DNA of 64,000 bases from Candidatus Dojkabacteria bacterium (GCA_041678505.1 JBAYOB010000001.1:1667-65666); one strand, 5' to 3'; positions 29,218-39,847 are shown, counted from the stretch's first letter. Notes: generated from the sequence alone by a model not told the origin. Translations and numbers: made by a program.

Positions 29218-31608
29218 ATGTTTAGTAAGTTTGAAACAGGATTTATAGATAAAGAAATTACAACACCGCAGGATGGGGAAAGTCCTGTGTTAAGAATGTG
29301 GGTTGAAGCCAATGATTTTACTACTGAAGTTGTACCTGTAAATAAAGAGGTTTGGGAGGAGAAAAAAGAGGAAGGGGAAATACTGGAAGAAGAATACAAT
29401 GTGTTACATATCCCGGAATCATTATCACTATTGGATATGGGGGAGTTGATAGGTGCAATAGATAAAGATACATACCGAGATAATCCAGAGTTATCAGAGC
29501 AGGGAATAGATGAAATAGTTAAGTTAGGAGACACATTTGAGAAGGCAGCAAAGTATATCTCTCAATATTCAGCAGGACTAAGGGAGGGCAAGGATATATC
29601 AGAAGAGCTTTCTGACAAATTTTCCAAATACGGCTTATTACTTAAACAGAGTGTGGGAGAAGTTGAAGAATCTAATCAGTCTGTAGCCTTAACAGAGAAA
29701 GATAAACAGATATTGGATAGATGGTTTTTAGGAGAGGAAATATACAGTAAAATAATAAACAGATTGGGTAGTAATCCCAGTTTGGAAGTGATAGAACAAG
29801 AGAGGGTAAGATATTTCCGGGGCTATTTTAAAGCTTTAGCAAGAGAAGGGTGTAAAGACAACAATTATTTTAGAAAGGAGAGCCTAGGAGGTGTGATTGC
29901 TAATATACATGAAAAAACAGAAGAAGGGATAACAAAAGAAATAAGGAAACCAGATAAAATACTGTTTGAAACTATATGGAGGAGGGGAATGGAGCAATTA
30001 AAGAGAAATATGTTAACACCTAGAGAATATAGGGAAAGTATACAGAAGGACAAATTATATCTTTATAATTATTTGAAAATTCCTCAATTGAGAAAACAGT
30101 TAAAATCGGTAAGGAAAAGAGGAAATATTGAAAGGATCTCTAATAAAGAATTAGAGATTGCTGGGAAAATATACAAAGTTATTAGCAAAGACCATAGATA
30201 TCTAAAAGGTGTAAATAGTCCTTCAAAGATAGTAAATGGAGATTTTTTAGATTGCCTAGGTAGTGCATTACTGGGTTCTGCTTTACTAGATGAGATTGGA
30301 ATAAAATACTATTTCGTTACAACAGATGGTCACATAATGACATTTCTGAGGACAACAGATCAGAAATTATATTATCAGGATTTTACACCTAAAAAATGGT
30401 TTTCAAATTGGTGGTTGAATCATATGATTTTTGAACTTAAAAATCTTAGAGTTGAAAATGACAAAGATATTTTATCAAAGATAGAAGAACAGAATTTTGT
30501 TAAAGTATATTCTGACAATTATGAAAAAGAGTTGTTTATATGGAAATCAAAGGATATTGCTATTGACAGTTTGTTTTATAGTGTTGGCAATGAGTGGCAA
30601 AAAAAACAAACAGACTTACATGAAGATGAAAAAGCAAAAATAAATGTAGATTTTTTTAAAAAGTTAGCAGAATTTAATGAGTATGACCCTTTTATCTTTC
30701 TTTCTCTTGGAAATGCTCATCTATCTTTAAGGCAATATAAAGATGCGGAAAAGTTCTATAAAAAAGCAATAGAACTCGATCCTTTTAGTAGTCGTGCAAA
30801 TACTTCTTTAGGTGCTGTTTATGTTGGGTTAAATAAATATAGGGATGCAATAGATGCGTATAGAAGAGCGGTAGAATTAGATCGGAAGGATATTAATGCG
30901 GTTTTGGGATTGGGGGAAGCATACTGCATTGAGGGTCGGTATGATGAAGCAGAGAAAGTATACAAGAGGGGAATAAAGCACAACCCAGAAAACACTTTGC
31001 TCTCTCGAGATTTAGGTAATTTATATTGTGATTTAAAGAGATATGATGAAGCAGAGAAAATATACAAGGAAGCAATAAAGCACAATCCAGAAAACGCATC
31101 TCTCCTTCAAAGTTTAGGTGATTTATATCGTAATTTAGAGAGATATGAAGAAGCAGAAAAAGCATATAAGAAGGGAATAGAATTTAACCCCAAGAGTGCT
31201 TTACTTTACGGATTTTTAGGGCATTTGTATTGTAAATTAAAAAGATATGATGAAGCAGAAGAAACATATAAGGAAGGATTAAAATTTAATCCTGAAAAAG
31301 GTTTTCTTTACATATGTTTAGGAGATATGTATTGCATATTAAAAAGATATAAAGAAGCAGAAGAAGTATACAAGGAAGGGATAAAACATGATTCAAAAGA
31401 GGGGTATCTTTATTATCATTTGGGAGGGATATATTACACATTAAGAAGATATGAAGAAGCCGAAAAGATTCTTAAGGAGGGAATAAAGAACAGTTCTGAA
31501 AACACTTCTCTTTACAGGGGATTGAGGGATTTATATTACAAGTTGTACAGATATGAGGAGGCAGATGAGATAAAGGAGAAACTCAAACTATTGTCTAAGA
31601 GTAAATAG
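29218..31608 (+). CDS. TPR-repeat protein with central transglutaminase-like domain
   Basis: About nine 34-aa TPRs (LG.LY..L.RY.EAE..YK.GI); DCLG...GHI...QDF upstream. Confidence 0.8.
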   Translation: MFSKFETGFIDKEITTPQDGESPVLRMWVEANDFTTEVVPVNKEVWEEKKEEGEILEEEYNVLHIPESLSLLDMGELIGAIDKDTYRDNPELSEQGIDEIVKLGDTFEKAAKYISQYSAGLREGKDISEELSDKFSKYGLLLKQSVGEVEESNQSVALTEKDKQILDRWFLGEEIYSKIINRLGSNPSLEVIEQERVRYFRGYFKALAREGCKDNNYFRKESLGGVIANIHEKTEEGITKEIRKPDKILFETIWRRGMEQLKRNMLTPREYRESIQKDKLYLYNYLKIPQLRKQLKSVRKRGNIERISNKELEIAGKIYKVISKDHRYLKGVNSPSKIVNGDFLDCLGSALLGSALLDEIGIKYYFVTTDGHIMTFLRTTDQKLYYQDFTPKKWFSNWWLNHMIFELKNLRVENDKDILSKIEEQNFVKVYSDNYEKELFIWKSKDIAIDSLFYSVGNEWQKKQTDLHEDEKAKINVDFFKKLAEFNEYDPFIFLSLGNAHLSLRQYKDAEKFYKKAIELDPFSSRANTSLGAVYVGLNKYRDAIDAYRRAVELDRKDINAVLGLGEAYCIEGRYDEAEKVYKRGIKHNPENTLLSRDLGNLYCDLKRYDEAEKIYKEAIKHNPENASLLQSLGDLYRNLERYEEAEKAYKKGIEFNPKSALLYGFLGHLYCKLKRYDEAEETYKEGLKFNPEKGFLYICLGDMYCILKRYKEAEEVYKEGIKHDSKEGYLYYHLGGIYYTLRRYEEAEKILKEGIKNSSENTSLYRGLRDLYYKLYRYEEADEIKEKLKLLSKSK
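30690..31570 (+). repeat. 102-bp-period TPR coding repeats
   Basis: Recurrent AGATATGA(T/A)GAAGCAGA-like units at 102-nt spacing. Confidence 0.75.
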
Positions 31609-31737
31609 CCTATTGAAATACTTTTGCGAAGTAAGGTAGAATGGAGATGGGAATTAGTGAGTTAATAATGATGTTGTTTTACTTTCTTTTTTCTGTTAAA
31701 ATCCTTCTCGTTAACGATAATTTTAATTAATTGTTTA

Positions 31738-32094
31738 ATGGTTGTTAAAAAAGAAAAGAAACTAAAAGTTTATGAAATGATGGTAGCTTTAAAACCTTTG
31801 CTACCAGATGATTTAAGAAAAGAAATACACAAAGAATTTGTAGGTATGGTAGAAAAAGAGAAAGGAGAGATTTTAGATGTAGATGTATGGGGTAAAAGAT
31901 ATTTGGCATATGAAATAGATGGGCATAATGAAGGGTATTACATAATATATAGCTTTAAAGCATTCCCTGATAATATAGCGGAAATGAAAAGACAGTTAGA
32001 GCTAAGGCAGGAGATATTACGTTTCATGATTGTAGAGATAGAAGATGCTAGTACAATAGGGAAAAGTATAAAAAAGAAAGAAATAAATATTTAA
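31738..32094 (+). CDS. rpsF: 30S ribosomal protein S6
   Basis: YEMM, WGKRYLAYEI, EGYY; rpsF-ssb-rpsR operon. Confidence 0.95.
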   Translation: MVVKKEKKLKVYEMMVALKPLLPDDLRKEIHKEFVGMVEKEKGEILDVDVWGKRYLAYEIDGHNEGYYIIYSFKAFPDNIAEMKRQLELRQEILRFMIVEIEDASTIGKSIKKKEINI

Positions 32095-32154
32095 TAGAAA
32101 TTTAATAATTAGAGGGTATAGTTAAAGGTAAGTTAAATTATTATATATATAAAA

Positions 32155-32631
32155 ATGGCAGCAAGATCTTTAAATAAAGTTCTTTTAATAGGGAACTTAA
32201 CAAGAGATCCAGAGATGAGATATACAAACTCTGGAACTCCAGTAGTCACATTTGGAATGGCTACAAACAAATCTTGGAAAGATTCTGAGGGTGATACTAA
32301 AGAATTAGCAGAATTCCATAATTTAGTTGCATGGAATAAAATAGCTGAGATTTGTCAGCAATTACTTGCAAAGGGAATGAAAGTTTACATAGAGGGTTCT
32401 TTAAATACAAGATCCTGGGAAGGAGAGGATGGTGTTACAAGATACAAGACGGAGATTAGAGTAGATAATATGATTTTGTTAGATAGCAGAGGAAAAGATG
32501 GAGTAGGTTTGGATGATACAGAGATGCCAGAAGGAAAGAAGAAAGAATCCGAAGAAGAGGAACCTGAGAGGGAAGAGCCTGAAGATGAATCACAAGGAGA
32601 AGATCCTTTAGAGGATGATCTCCCATTTTAA
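32155..32631 (+). CDS. ssb: single-stranded DNA-binding protein
   Basis: LNKVLLIGNLTRDPEMRYT; acidic tail ending DDLPF. Confidence 0.97.
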   Translation: MAARSLNKVLLIGNLTRDPEMRYTNSGTPVVTFGMATNKSWKDSEGDTKELAEFHNLVAWNKIAEICQQLLAKGMKVYIEGSLNTRSWEGEDGVTRYKTEIRVDNMILLDSRGKDGVGLDDTEMPEGKKKESEEEEPEREEPEDESQGEDPLEDDLPF

Positions 32632-32650
32632 TTTCAGAACTGTTTAAAAT

Positions 32651-32998
32651 ATGTCAGAGAAAAAGAAGGATTTAGAAGAAACAAAGAAACCTACATTAGA
32701 GGATGTTTTTGATGATTCTAATATAACTGAAGATGAAGATGTTGATGATGCAGTATCCAGAAAGAAATACAGAAAAAGAAGGAAACCACAACAGAATCTT
32801 AAATGTAGTTTCTGCGAGACAGGTGTGAAGGATATATCTTACAAAGATGTTTACCAGCTTAAAAAATATACTTCCGTTAGAGGAAAGATAATCTCTACAG
32901 AGAAATCTGGCATATGTCATAAGCATCAGAGAAATCTTAAAAGAGCAATTAAAAGAGCTAGATTTATGGCTCTTCTACCTTACTCTCTTAAAGATTAG
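32651..32998 (+). CDS. rpsR: 30S ribosomal protein S18 with N-terminal extension
   Basis: CSFC, ISYKD, RGKI, CHKHQR, AIKRARFMALLPY. Confidence 0.95.
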   Translation: MSEKKKDLEETKKPTLEDVFDDSNITEDEDVDDAVSRKKYRKRRKPQQNLKCSFCETGVKDISYKDVYQLKKYTSVRGKIISTEKSGICHKHQRNLKRAIKRARFMALLPYSLKD

Positions 32999-33026
32999 TA
33001 TAGAATAACAAGGCAATTGTATGAAG

Positions 33027-33050
33027 AAGGGATAGTAATATCCCTTTTTT
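33027..33050 (+). terminator. intrinsic terminator
   Basis: AAGGGATA-GTAA-TATCCCTT hairpin then T-run, after rpsR. Confidence 0.85.
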
Positions 33051-33089
33051 GTTGAAAAGCAACTCTCTTTTAAGTAATATATTAGGGTA

Positions 33090-34442
33090 ATGCAAAATCT
33101 GTCCATATTACAAAAAAATGCATATCTAAGTGTAATAATTAAGGATAATGGTGTCTGGGCACATCTAGCCTATACTGATTTTAATGCAGGAAGAGAGTAT
33201 ATACTATCTGATTTTACAGATTTAACACCGCTAAGATACAGATTAGATGATGATCTGTTTTCTAAACAGTTTTGGTTTGATTACTTTACTAATTTGGAAA
33301 AGGTATTTAATTGGGATTTGTTAAATAGGAGTAAAAGCTCTCCTTTTGTTACTCTAAATTTTGAAAAAGAAGGGGTAGGGATATCTGGAATTAGGATGCA
33401 GATAGATGATAATCAGAAGTTTTTTGATAGGATATTTTCATCAGTTAGAGATTTTTCGAAAGATATTGCTTTAAGAGTGGTAGATGATTTGTATGTACAG
33501 AAGGTTCTAGAAGGTTTCATCAAGAGGACAGAATACAGTGATTTGATGTATGTAGATATGGATCTTTTAGATTTTTCTGTATTTAGAGTTAGAAAGGTAT
33601 ATGATAGGAAAAACAAAAGAGATGATGTGGTCTTTTCAAAAGCAAAGATAAACTGGAAAGATGAACTTTCAATAATAGATTCAATAATGGATTCTAGATT
33701 TAAAGCTTTTCTAGCTACAGAATTAAGTGCCAAAGAGATACTAAACTATTGGAGCAATTTTGTTTTAAACAGAGTGCTTTTTTCAGAAGATCCTAATATA
33801 GTAGATATTTTAAGGTCATACTGCACTATTCAGAATCACTCCATATACAGGGATAATGGCGAGAAAATAGAAAACTTTGGTCTCTCAAAAGATGAGTCAG
33901 CACTAATTGTGTCAGGATATGTCCCAAGGGTGTTAGGAGAAACCAAGACTTTACTTTCCTTAATAGATGGGCTTGAGTTGAATGGGAATTTTGATTGTTA
34001 CTGGGATCTTGATATGAAAACTCTCTGTTATGGAAGAAGTTTTGCAGAAGGGAGTGGTTCAGAAGATATAATTCTGACAAGAAAAGAGCTTTTTTCTCTT
34101 GCCACTAAAGTGTTAATACCGTATACAAATATAGAGAAAAAGAACAAGATGGTATTTTCAGGAAGTATTGAATCTTTAGGTATGGGCAGGAGTGAATTTT
34201 TCACTCTTTCTTCTGAGTTTACCTTTGTTCAACTTCCTCAACATACTGAGAAGTTAATTGTAGAGGGAGAGTTTAAAAATGGAGTGTATTTGCAACCAAA
34301 GAATCAAAAAAACATAGGGTTAGTTTCAAAACCTGGAATAAGGAAATACAACTCATTGTTAATAGATGCAAGGGTTAGACCTATTGTCTACGGCCCTGAT
34401 AGCTATTCTAACAAACTTAAATTACAGAAATGGATAAAATGA
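33090..34442 (+). CDS. divergent GlmL (glutamate mutase L)-like protein
   Basis: C-terminal LLIDARVRP resembles the IDARGRP end motif recalled for GlmL-like proteins; LSLIDGLELNG; partner gene follows. Confidence 0.4.
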   Translation: MQNLSILQKNAYLSVIIKDNGVWAHLAYTDFNAGREYILSDFTDLTPLRYRLDDDLFSKQFWFDYFTNLEKVFNWDLLNRSKSSPFVTLNFEKEGVGISGIRMQIDDNQKFFDRIFSSVRDFSKDIALRVVDDLYVQKVLEGFIKRTEYSDLMYVDMDLLDFSVFRVRKVYDRKNKRDDVVFSKAKINWKDELSIIDSIMDSRFKAFLATELSAKEILNYWSNFVLNRVLFSEDPNIVDILRSYCTIQNHSIYRDNGEKIENFGLSKDESALIVSGYVPRVLGETKTLLSLIDGLELNGNFDCYWDLDMKTLCYGRSFAEGSGSEDIILTRKELFSLATKVLIPYTNIEKKNKMVFSGSIESLGMGRSEFFTLSSEFTFVQLPQHTEKLIVEGEFKNGVYLQPKNQKNIGLVSKPGIRKYNSLLIDARVRPIVYGPDSYSNKLKLQKWIK

Positions 34443-35473
34443 TAGTAAGACATAGAATTTTTGAGAAATATGAAGATTACAAGTTTAATATTCCATATAA
34501 ATCGGGAGATATGCCTCTGTTAGATAAAGGACAGAAGGTAAAAGAGGGTACTGAAATTATGAGGAAGAGAGGAAGTACTATTAAATACTCTTTTTATCTC
34601 CCTGAACAGATAGGTGTATCCATTTCAGAGATAGGAAAGAGTCTTAACTGTATTGATGGAGAATTGGTAAGTGAGGGAGATGTATTGGCTGAGAAAGTGG
34701 TGATGAAAGGACTTAATGTTAGGAAACTAATCTCTCCTGCTCAGGGCGTAGTAGACCTTTCGAGGATAGAGAAGGGATATTTAGGACTATTGGGAGAGGA
34801 GAGTGAAGTAATAGTAAAAAGCACATTCAATGGATTAGTAGAGGGTATAAATCCAGTAGAGGGTATAAATATAGTTTCAGATGCTTTTGCCTTAGACATA
34901 TTAGCAATTGCAGATTTACCTATAAAAGATGATATAGAGAATAAAAAAGTGATAGGAGAGTTCTTAGTTCTAGGAGATGGTAAAGATCTTCTTTTAAATG
35001 TAAAGGATCTAAATTGTGAGGATAAGATAGTTTTTGCAGGTAAGTATCTACATCCTGACTTAATGTACAATCTTTTTGAGAAAGGAGCTTCTTTCATTCT
35101 TACATATTCAATGGAGTATGAAGATTTTAGAAAACGAGGGCTTCCTGTTGGTGTGGTCGGAGGTTTTGGAGAGATATATTCGGGTAAGAAAATCCTAGAG
35201 TTAATCGCCTCTATGGAAGGGAAATTTGCAGTGGTGGATTATTCAGAGAGTCAAATATTTTTTGTAACAGGTAGTACAGCATATCAAACAAAAGAGGACC
35301 TTTTTGTTAAGTCCGCTGTTGGTAGTCAAGTAATATCACGCGCTCTCTCTAATTATGGAATGTTAGGGAAAATCATATCTGTAGAAGAATATAATCTTTA
35401 TGTAAATGTAGAGTGGGAGACAGGACATAAATCTATGGTGAATATGGGTAGCCTAGAATTTGTCTCTTTTTAG
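34439..35473 (+). CDS. barrel-sandwich-hybrid (biotinyl/lipoyl-like) repeat protein
   Basis: GQKVKEGT, GELVSEGDVLAE, SPAQGVV, STFNGLV; ATGA overlap with the upstream stop. Confidence 0.55.
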   Translation: MIVRHRIFEKYEDYKFNIPYKSGDMPLLDKGQKVKEGTEIMRKRGSTIKYSFYLPEQIGVSISEIGKSLNCIDGELVSEGDVLAEKVVMKGLNVRKLISPAQGVVDLSRIEKGYLGLLGEESEVIVKSTFNGLVEGINPVEGINIVSDAFALDILAIADLPIKDDIENKKVIGEFLVLGDGKDLLLNVKDLNCEDKIVFAGKYLHPDLMYNLFEKGASFILTYSMEYEDFRKRGLPVGVVGGFGEIYSGKKILELIASMEGKFAVVDYSESQIFFVTGSTAYQTKEDLFVKSAVGSQVISRALSNYGMLGKIISVEEYNLYVNVEWETGHKSMVNMGSLEFVSF

Positions 35474-35512
35474 AGTATAATATTTAGATGTTTAATTGAG
35501 TAGAAAAAGAGT

Positions 35513-36736
35513 ATGCAACAAGAAAGTAAACAGAAGAGATTAAGTAGAATATTAGGACTAGGAATTCTTTTAGTTTTGGTGTTTTCAGGAGGTTTAATTG
35601 TAGGAAGGACGGTAGATAAAGATATTAATCTTCCTTACTTAAAAGCATCTAGAGATTTAGATATGACACTTTTTTGGGACGTTTTAGATATAACAAAAGG
35701 ATCCTATGTAGACGTAGAAGATATAGATGATCAAGAGCTTGTTTACGGAGCTATTAAAGGGATGGTAAATTCAATTGGAGATCCCGCTACTGTATTTTTA
35801 ACTCCAGTAGAGACAGAGGAATTTGAACTAGTAAGTGAAGGGAAATATTTTGAAGGTATTGGTGCGGAGTTGGGATATGAAAACAGTCAGATTATTGTAG
35901 TATCGCCCTTGGAGGGCTCTCCAGCCAAAGAGGCAGGCATTAGGCGGGGAGATTACATATTAAAGGTAGATGATTATGAATTGACAGTAAATGACACAGT
36001 ATATGATGCAGTAGCAAAGATTAGAGGGGAGGCAGGTACTAAAGTAACATTAACAGTACTACATCTAGGAGAGAGTGAACTTAAGGAGATAACTATTACT
36101 AGAAAAGAGATAACGGTTCCTAGTATAACATTGGAGTATGTAGGAGATAATGATGAGATTGCTCATCTTAAAGTAGGGAGATTTACAGAGGCAACTTACT
36201 TGGAATGGGTAAAGAAGTGGAGAGAGCAGGTAGAAAAAATTAAAGCCTCAGGGGTAAGTAAAATGATATTAGATTTAAGAGGTAATCCAGGAGGTTTTTT
36301 TGATGCGGCAATATATGCAGCCGATGATTTTCTTGGTGAAGGTTTTGTAATCTCTAAACAGAGTGATTCAAAGGGTAATATCAAAGATTTTAAATCCTCA
36401 AAGGATGGAATATTAGAAGATATCGAAGTAATAGTGCTGGTAAATTCAGGTAGTGCTTCTGCATCCGAGATTCTTGCAGGTGCTTTGCAACATTCAAGTA
36501 GAGCTCAGATATTGGGAGAAACAACTTTTGGTAAGGGGACAGCGCAGAAGACATTAGATTTAAAAGGAGGATCTTCACTACATGTAACTATTTTAAAATG
36601 GCTACTTCCTGATGGAACTCAGATAGAAAGAGATAACTCGGTTGTCCCAGATATAGAGGTTGAGCTTACAAATGAGGATTTTGTAAAAGGAATAGACCCT
36701 CAGCTTGAGAAAGCTGTTGAGATTTTATCTAACTAA
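35513..36736 (+). CDS. ctpA: S41 family C-terminal processing protease
   Basis: PDZ (GIGAEL), LDLRGNPGG, SASASEI, TFGKG, DPQLEKA. Confidence 0.93.
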   Translation: MQQESKQKRLSRILGLGILLVLVFSGGLIVGRTVDKDINLPYLKASRDLDMTLFWDVLDITKGSYVDVEDIDDQELVYGAIKGMVNSIGDPATVFLTPVETEEFELVSEGKYFEGIGAELGYENSQIIVVSPLEGSPAKEAGIRRGDYILKVDDYELTVNDTVYDAVAKIRGEAGTKVTLTVLHLGESELKEITITRKEITVPSITLEYVGDNDEIAHLKVGRFTEATYLEWVKKWREQVEKIKASGVSKMILDLRGNPGGFFDAAIYAADDFLGEGFVISKQSDSKGNIKDFKSSKDGILEDIEVIVLVNSGSASASEILAGALQHSSRAQILGETTFGKGTAQKTLDLKGGSSLHVTILKWLLPDGTQIERDNSVVPDIEVELTNEDFVKGIDPQLEKAVEILSN

Positions 36737-36754
36737 GTTTTTACTAAATTTAAT

Positions 36755-37927
36755 ATGAAAAAACAAAAAGAGGTAAAGAAGGTAAAAAAAGAGAATAAAA
36801 AATCGAAAAAATATTTTCATATTGCTCTTGCTTTAATCTTCATAGTTGTCTTAAACACTGTAGTTATACTTGCAACAGGATATGTAATGCTTAAGTATTC
36901 CTCCAATGTTCGAGAGTATGTTTCATCTCTATTTCATCCAACAGGAACAAAAGTAGAGGAAAGAAAGATTGTAGTTACAGAGGGAGAAAGTAATCTTATC
37001 AATGTAATCGAAAACTCTACACATTCGGTGGTTAGCATAGCCATTTCTACTCTTTCTTTGTCATCAGAGCAGGGATTAGTTGATACCCAGAGTAATATAG
37101 GGACGGGGTTTGTGGTGGATAGTGATGGTATCATTATTACAAACCAACATGTTGTTTCAGACAGTAATGCAGATTACAAGGTTGTTACGCAGGAGGGAGA
37201 TGAATGTGACGTTATTGAGATATTAAGAGATGACTTGAATGACATTGCTTTGATTCGGGTTGATACTCAAGGAAAAGAACTCCCAGCTTTGGTATTAGGT
37301 GATTCAGATTCACTTTTAGTAGGGCAGGATGTAGTGGCGATAGGGACTCCTTTAGGAAAGTTAGCAGGAAGTGCTACTAAAGGGATAGTAAGTGGACTAA
37401 GTAGATCTGTGACTGCGGGGGTAAGTTGGTTTGGAAGTACAGCAAGGACATATGAAGATGTTATTCAAACGGATGCAGCAGTTAATCCTGGTAATTCAGG
37501 AGGTCCTTTACTTAATCTTCAAGGAGAAGTAGTGGGAATCAACTTTGCTACCACAGCAGATGCGGATAATATCTCTTTTGCAATTCCAATAAACAAAGTA
37601 AAAAGCAGGCTCGAAGAGTATAGAACATTTGGTAAATTTATTAGGCCATATCTTGGAGTTACATATCAGATGATCTCAGAGTATGAAGCTTTCTATTACT
37701 CTAATGTTGTTCCGGGAGCGTTAGTTTTAAGAGTTGATCCAACATCTCCAGCATTTCAAGCAGGACTGCAAAGAGGAGATATATTAACAAAATTTGGAGA
37801 CAAGGAAGTAGATAGATACTTGGGAGATATAATACAAGAGTTCGAAGTAGAGCAAGAGGTTCAGATAGAGTTGTTTAGAGAAGGTAGTATCAAAACAGTT
37901 ACAGTTGTATTAGGAGAAATGGATTAA
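36755..37927 (+). CDS. htrA: HtrA/DegP-family serine protease with PDZ
   Basis: TM anchor, TNQHVV, DIA, QTDAAVNPGNSGGPL, single PDZ. Confidence 0.92.
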   Translation: MKKQKEVKKVKKENKKSKKYFHIALALIFIVVLNTVVILATGYVMLKYSSNVREYVSSLFHPTGTKVEERKIVVTEGESNLINVIENSTHSVVSIAISTLSLSSEQGLVDTQSNIGTGFVVDSDGIIITNQHVVSDSNADYKVVTQEGDECDVIEILRDDLNDIALIRVDTQGKELPALVLGDSDSLLVGQDVVAIGTPLGKLAGSATKGIVSGLSRSVTAGVSWFGSTARTYEDVIQTDAAVNPGNSGGPLLNLQGEVVGINFATTADADNISFAIPINKVKSRLEEYRTFGKFIRPYLGVTYQMISEYEAFYYSNVVPGALVLRVDPTSPAFQAGLQRGDILTKFGDKEVDRYLGDIIQEFEVEQEVQIELFREGSIKTVTVVLGEMD

Positions 37928-38716
37928 AACAAATCTTTCCATATCTCTAAAATCCTTAATTATTTGATATCTTCTGTCTTTTAGAAGCTCTGTTAGTTTA
38001 TCTCTTGTACTGGGGTCTATTTCTATGAGTAAAACAACTTTCTTTTTAGGACTCTTCTTTCTATCTAACTGTTTAAATAGGTTTTTGTAATATTTTAAAC
38101 CATCGACTCCTCCATCTAATGCAGATTTGGGTTCGTAACCTTTTACACTTCTATCTAGTTTTTTATACATAGATTTGGGTATATATGGCAGGTTGGATAT
38201 GATGAAAGTATCTTCAGTTATGTTGACATTGGAAACCAAGTTTTGCCTTAAGAAAAGTATTTTTTCGTTAGTTTTGTGTAACAGAGAATTTCTCTTAGCA
38301 ATTTCTAAAGCCTTTTTACTTATATCTATTCCTATGAATTTGTACTTATTTCTCCTACATGAAGTTTTAGCTAAGAAAATAATTATACATCCTGAGCCTG
38401 TTCCCACGTCTATGATATTGGTGAAGTTCTTATTTACCTCTAAAAAGTCTTTTGCAATGGTGACTAGTTGCTCTGTTTCCACTCTAGGGATTAGTACATC
38501 TCTGTTTACGATGAAGGGGAGGCCTAAAAACTCTGCTTCTCCTTTTATGTACTCCCAAGGTTCACTTTCTTCTATTCTTTTTAATATTGTTTCTAAGGAG
38601 ATCTTCTCTTTCTTTGAAAAATCTAAAATTTCTCTAGAAATCCTCGATATGTCGTAATAGCCATTTTCCTTTAGAATTTGTTGAATTCTGTAAAGAACTT
38701 TCAATTCACTATTCAC
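37910..38716 (-). CDS. prmC: release factor glutamine methyltransferase
   Basis: VLIPRVETE, DVGTGSGCI, SNLPY; follows prfA. Confidence 0.93.
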   Translation of the reverse strand: MNSELKVLYRIQQILKENGYYDISRISREILDFSKKEKISLETILKRIEESEPWEYIKGEAEFLGLPFIVNRDVLIPRVETEQLVTIAKDFLEVNKNFTNIIDVGTGSGCIIIFLAKTSCRRNKYKFIGIDISKKALEIAKRNSLLHKTNEKILFLRQNLVSNVNITEDTFIISNLPYIPKSMYKKLDRSVKGYEPKSALDGGVDGLKYYKNLFKQLDRKKSPKKKVVLLIEIDPSTRDKLTELLKDRRYQIIKDFRDMERFVLIHFS

Positions 38717-39824
38717 TTTGTTCTTCTTCTTTTAATAATTGATTCATTATCCCATCTCTTGTCTCTTTTATTACTTCTTCTAGATTACCATTTATTATAG
38801 AATCGACATCAAACCAAGATTTTTTAATCCTATGATCAGTTATGCGACTTTGAGGGAAGTTGTATGTCCTTATCTTCTCAGATCTCATAGCAGAACCAAT
38901 TAATTTAGATCTCATACTTCCTCTCTTAGCACTTTCTTCCTGAATTTTTTTGTCATACAATCTTGCTCTGAGTATGGTCATAGCTTTCTCTTTGTTTTGT
39001 GCTTGGAATTTAGTTTCTTGACAACTAACAGAGATTTTACTTGGAATATGAGTAATTCTAACAGCTGAATCAGTCTTGTTTACGCTCTGTCCTCCAGCAC
39101 CAGAAGATCTCATCACCTCAATATTTAGATCTTCAGGATTAATCTGTACATCAATCTCTTTTGCTTCAGGTAAGACGGCAACGGAGGCTGTAGATGTATG
39201 TATCCTGCCAGATGATTCAGTAGTAGGTACTCTTTGTACTCTGTGAACACCACTTTCATATTTAAGCTCTCCATACACATTTTTACCCTCTATTTGAGCT
39301 ATAACCTCCTTGTAACCTCCAGACTCTGATATGCTTGTTTCAACTAAGTTAACTATCCATCCTTTTTTAGATGCATAGTTCTTGTACATACGGAAAAGGT
39401 CTGCAGCAAAAAGAGAAGCTTCTTCTCCACCAGCACCAGCCCTGATCTCTAAAACAGTTGATCTGCTGTCATCCTCTCCAGAGAATTTTTTGGAAATCTT
39501 CATCTTTTGAATATGTTTGTCTAGTTTCTCTATTTCATCCATCAAGATATTTATCTCTTCCTGTGCCATCTCTTTTATCTCATGGTCACTCTCTGTTTCT
39601 AAGAGTTCTTGTGCGTTCTTTAAATCCTTTATACTTTTTAATATCTGAGCTGTATTTGAGGATAATTCAGAGTAGTAGGAGAGTTCGCTACTAATCTGGG
39701 ACATATTATCACTATTTTCTTTGTAATCAGAGAGCTTACTTTCTAACTCTTTCACTTTCTCCTGTGCACTGTTCTTACTGTATTTTTTCTCTAAAGCAAT
39801 AATATCCATAGTGGATGATATCAT
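38709..39824 (-). CDS. prfA: peptide chain release factor 1
   Basis: GVHRVQRVPTT (PxT), GAGGQ, IRTYNFPQ. Confidence 0.96.
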   Translation of the reverse strand: MISSTMDIIALEKKYSKNSAQEKVKELESKLSDYKENSDNMSQISSELSYYSELSSNTAQILKSIKDLKNAQELLETESDHEIKEMAQEEINILMDEIEKLDKHIQKMKISKKFSGEDDSRSTVLEIRAGAGGEEASLFAADLFRMYKNYASKKGWIVNLVETSISESGGYKEVIAQIEGKNVYGELKYESGVHRVQRVPTTESSGRIHTSTASVAVLPEAKEIDVQINPEDLNIEVMRSSGAGGQSVNKTDSAVRITHIPSKISVSCQETKFQAQNKEKAMTILRARLYDKKIQEESAKRGSMRSKLIGSAMRSEKIRTYNFPQSRITDHRIKKSWFDVDSIINGNLEEVIKETRDGIMNQLLKEEEQSE

Positions 39825-39847
39825 TTTAAAATATTAATGGGAATTTG

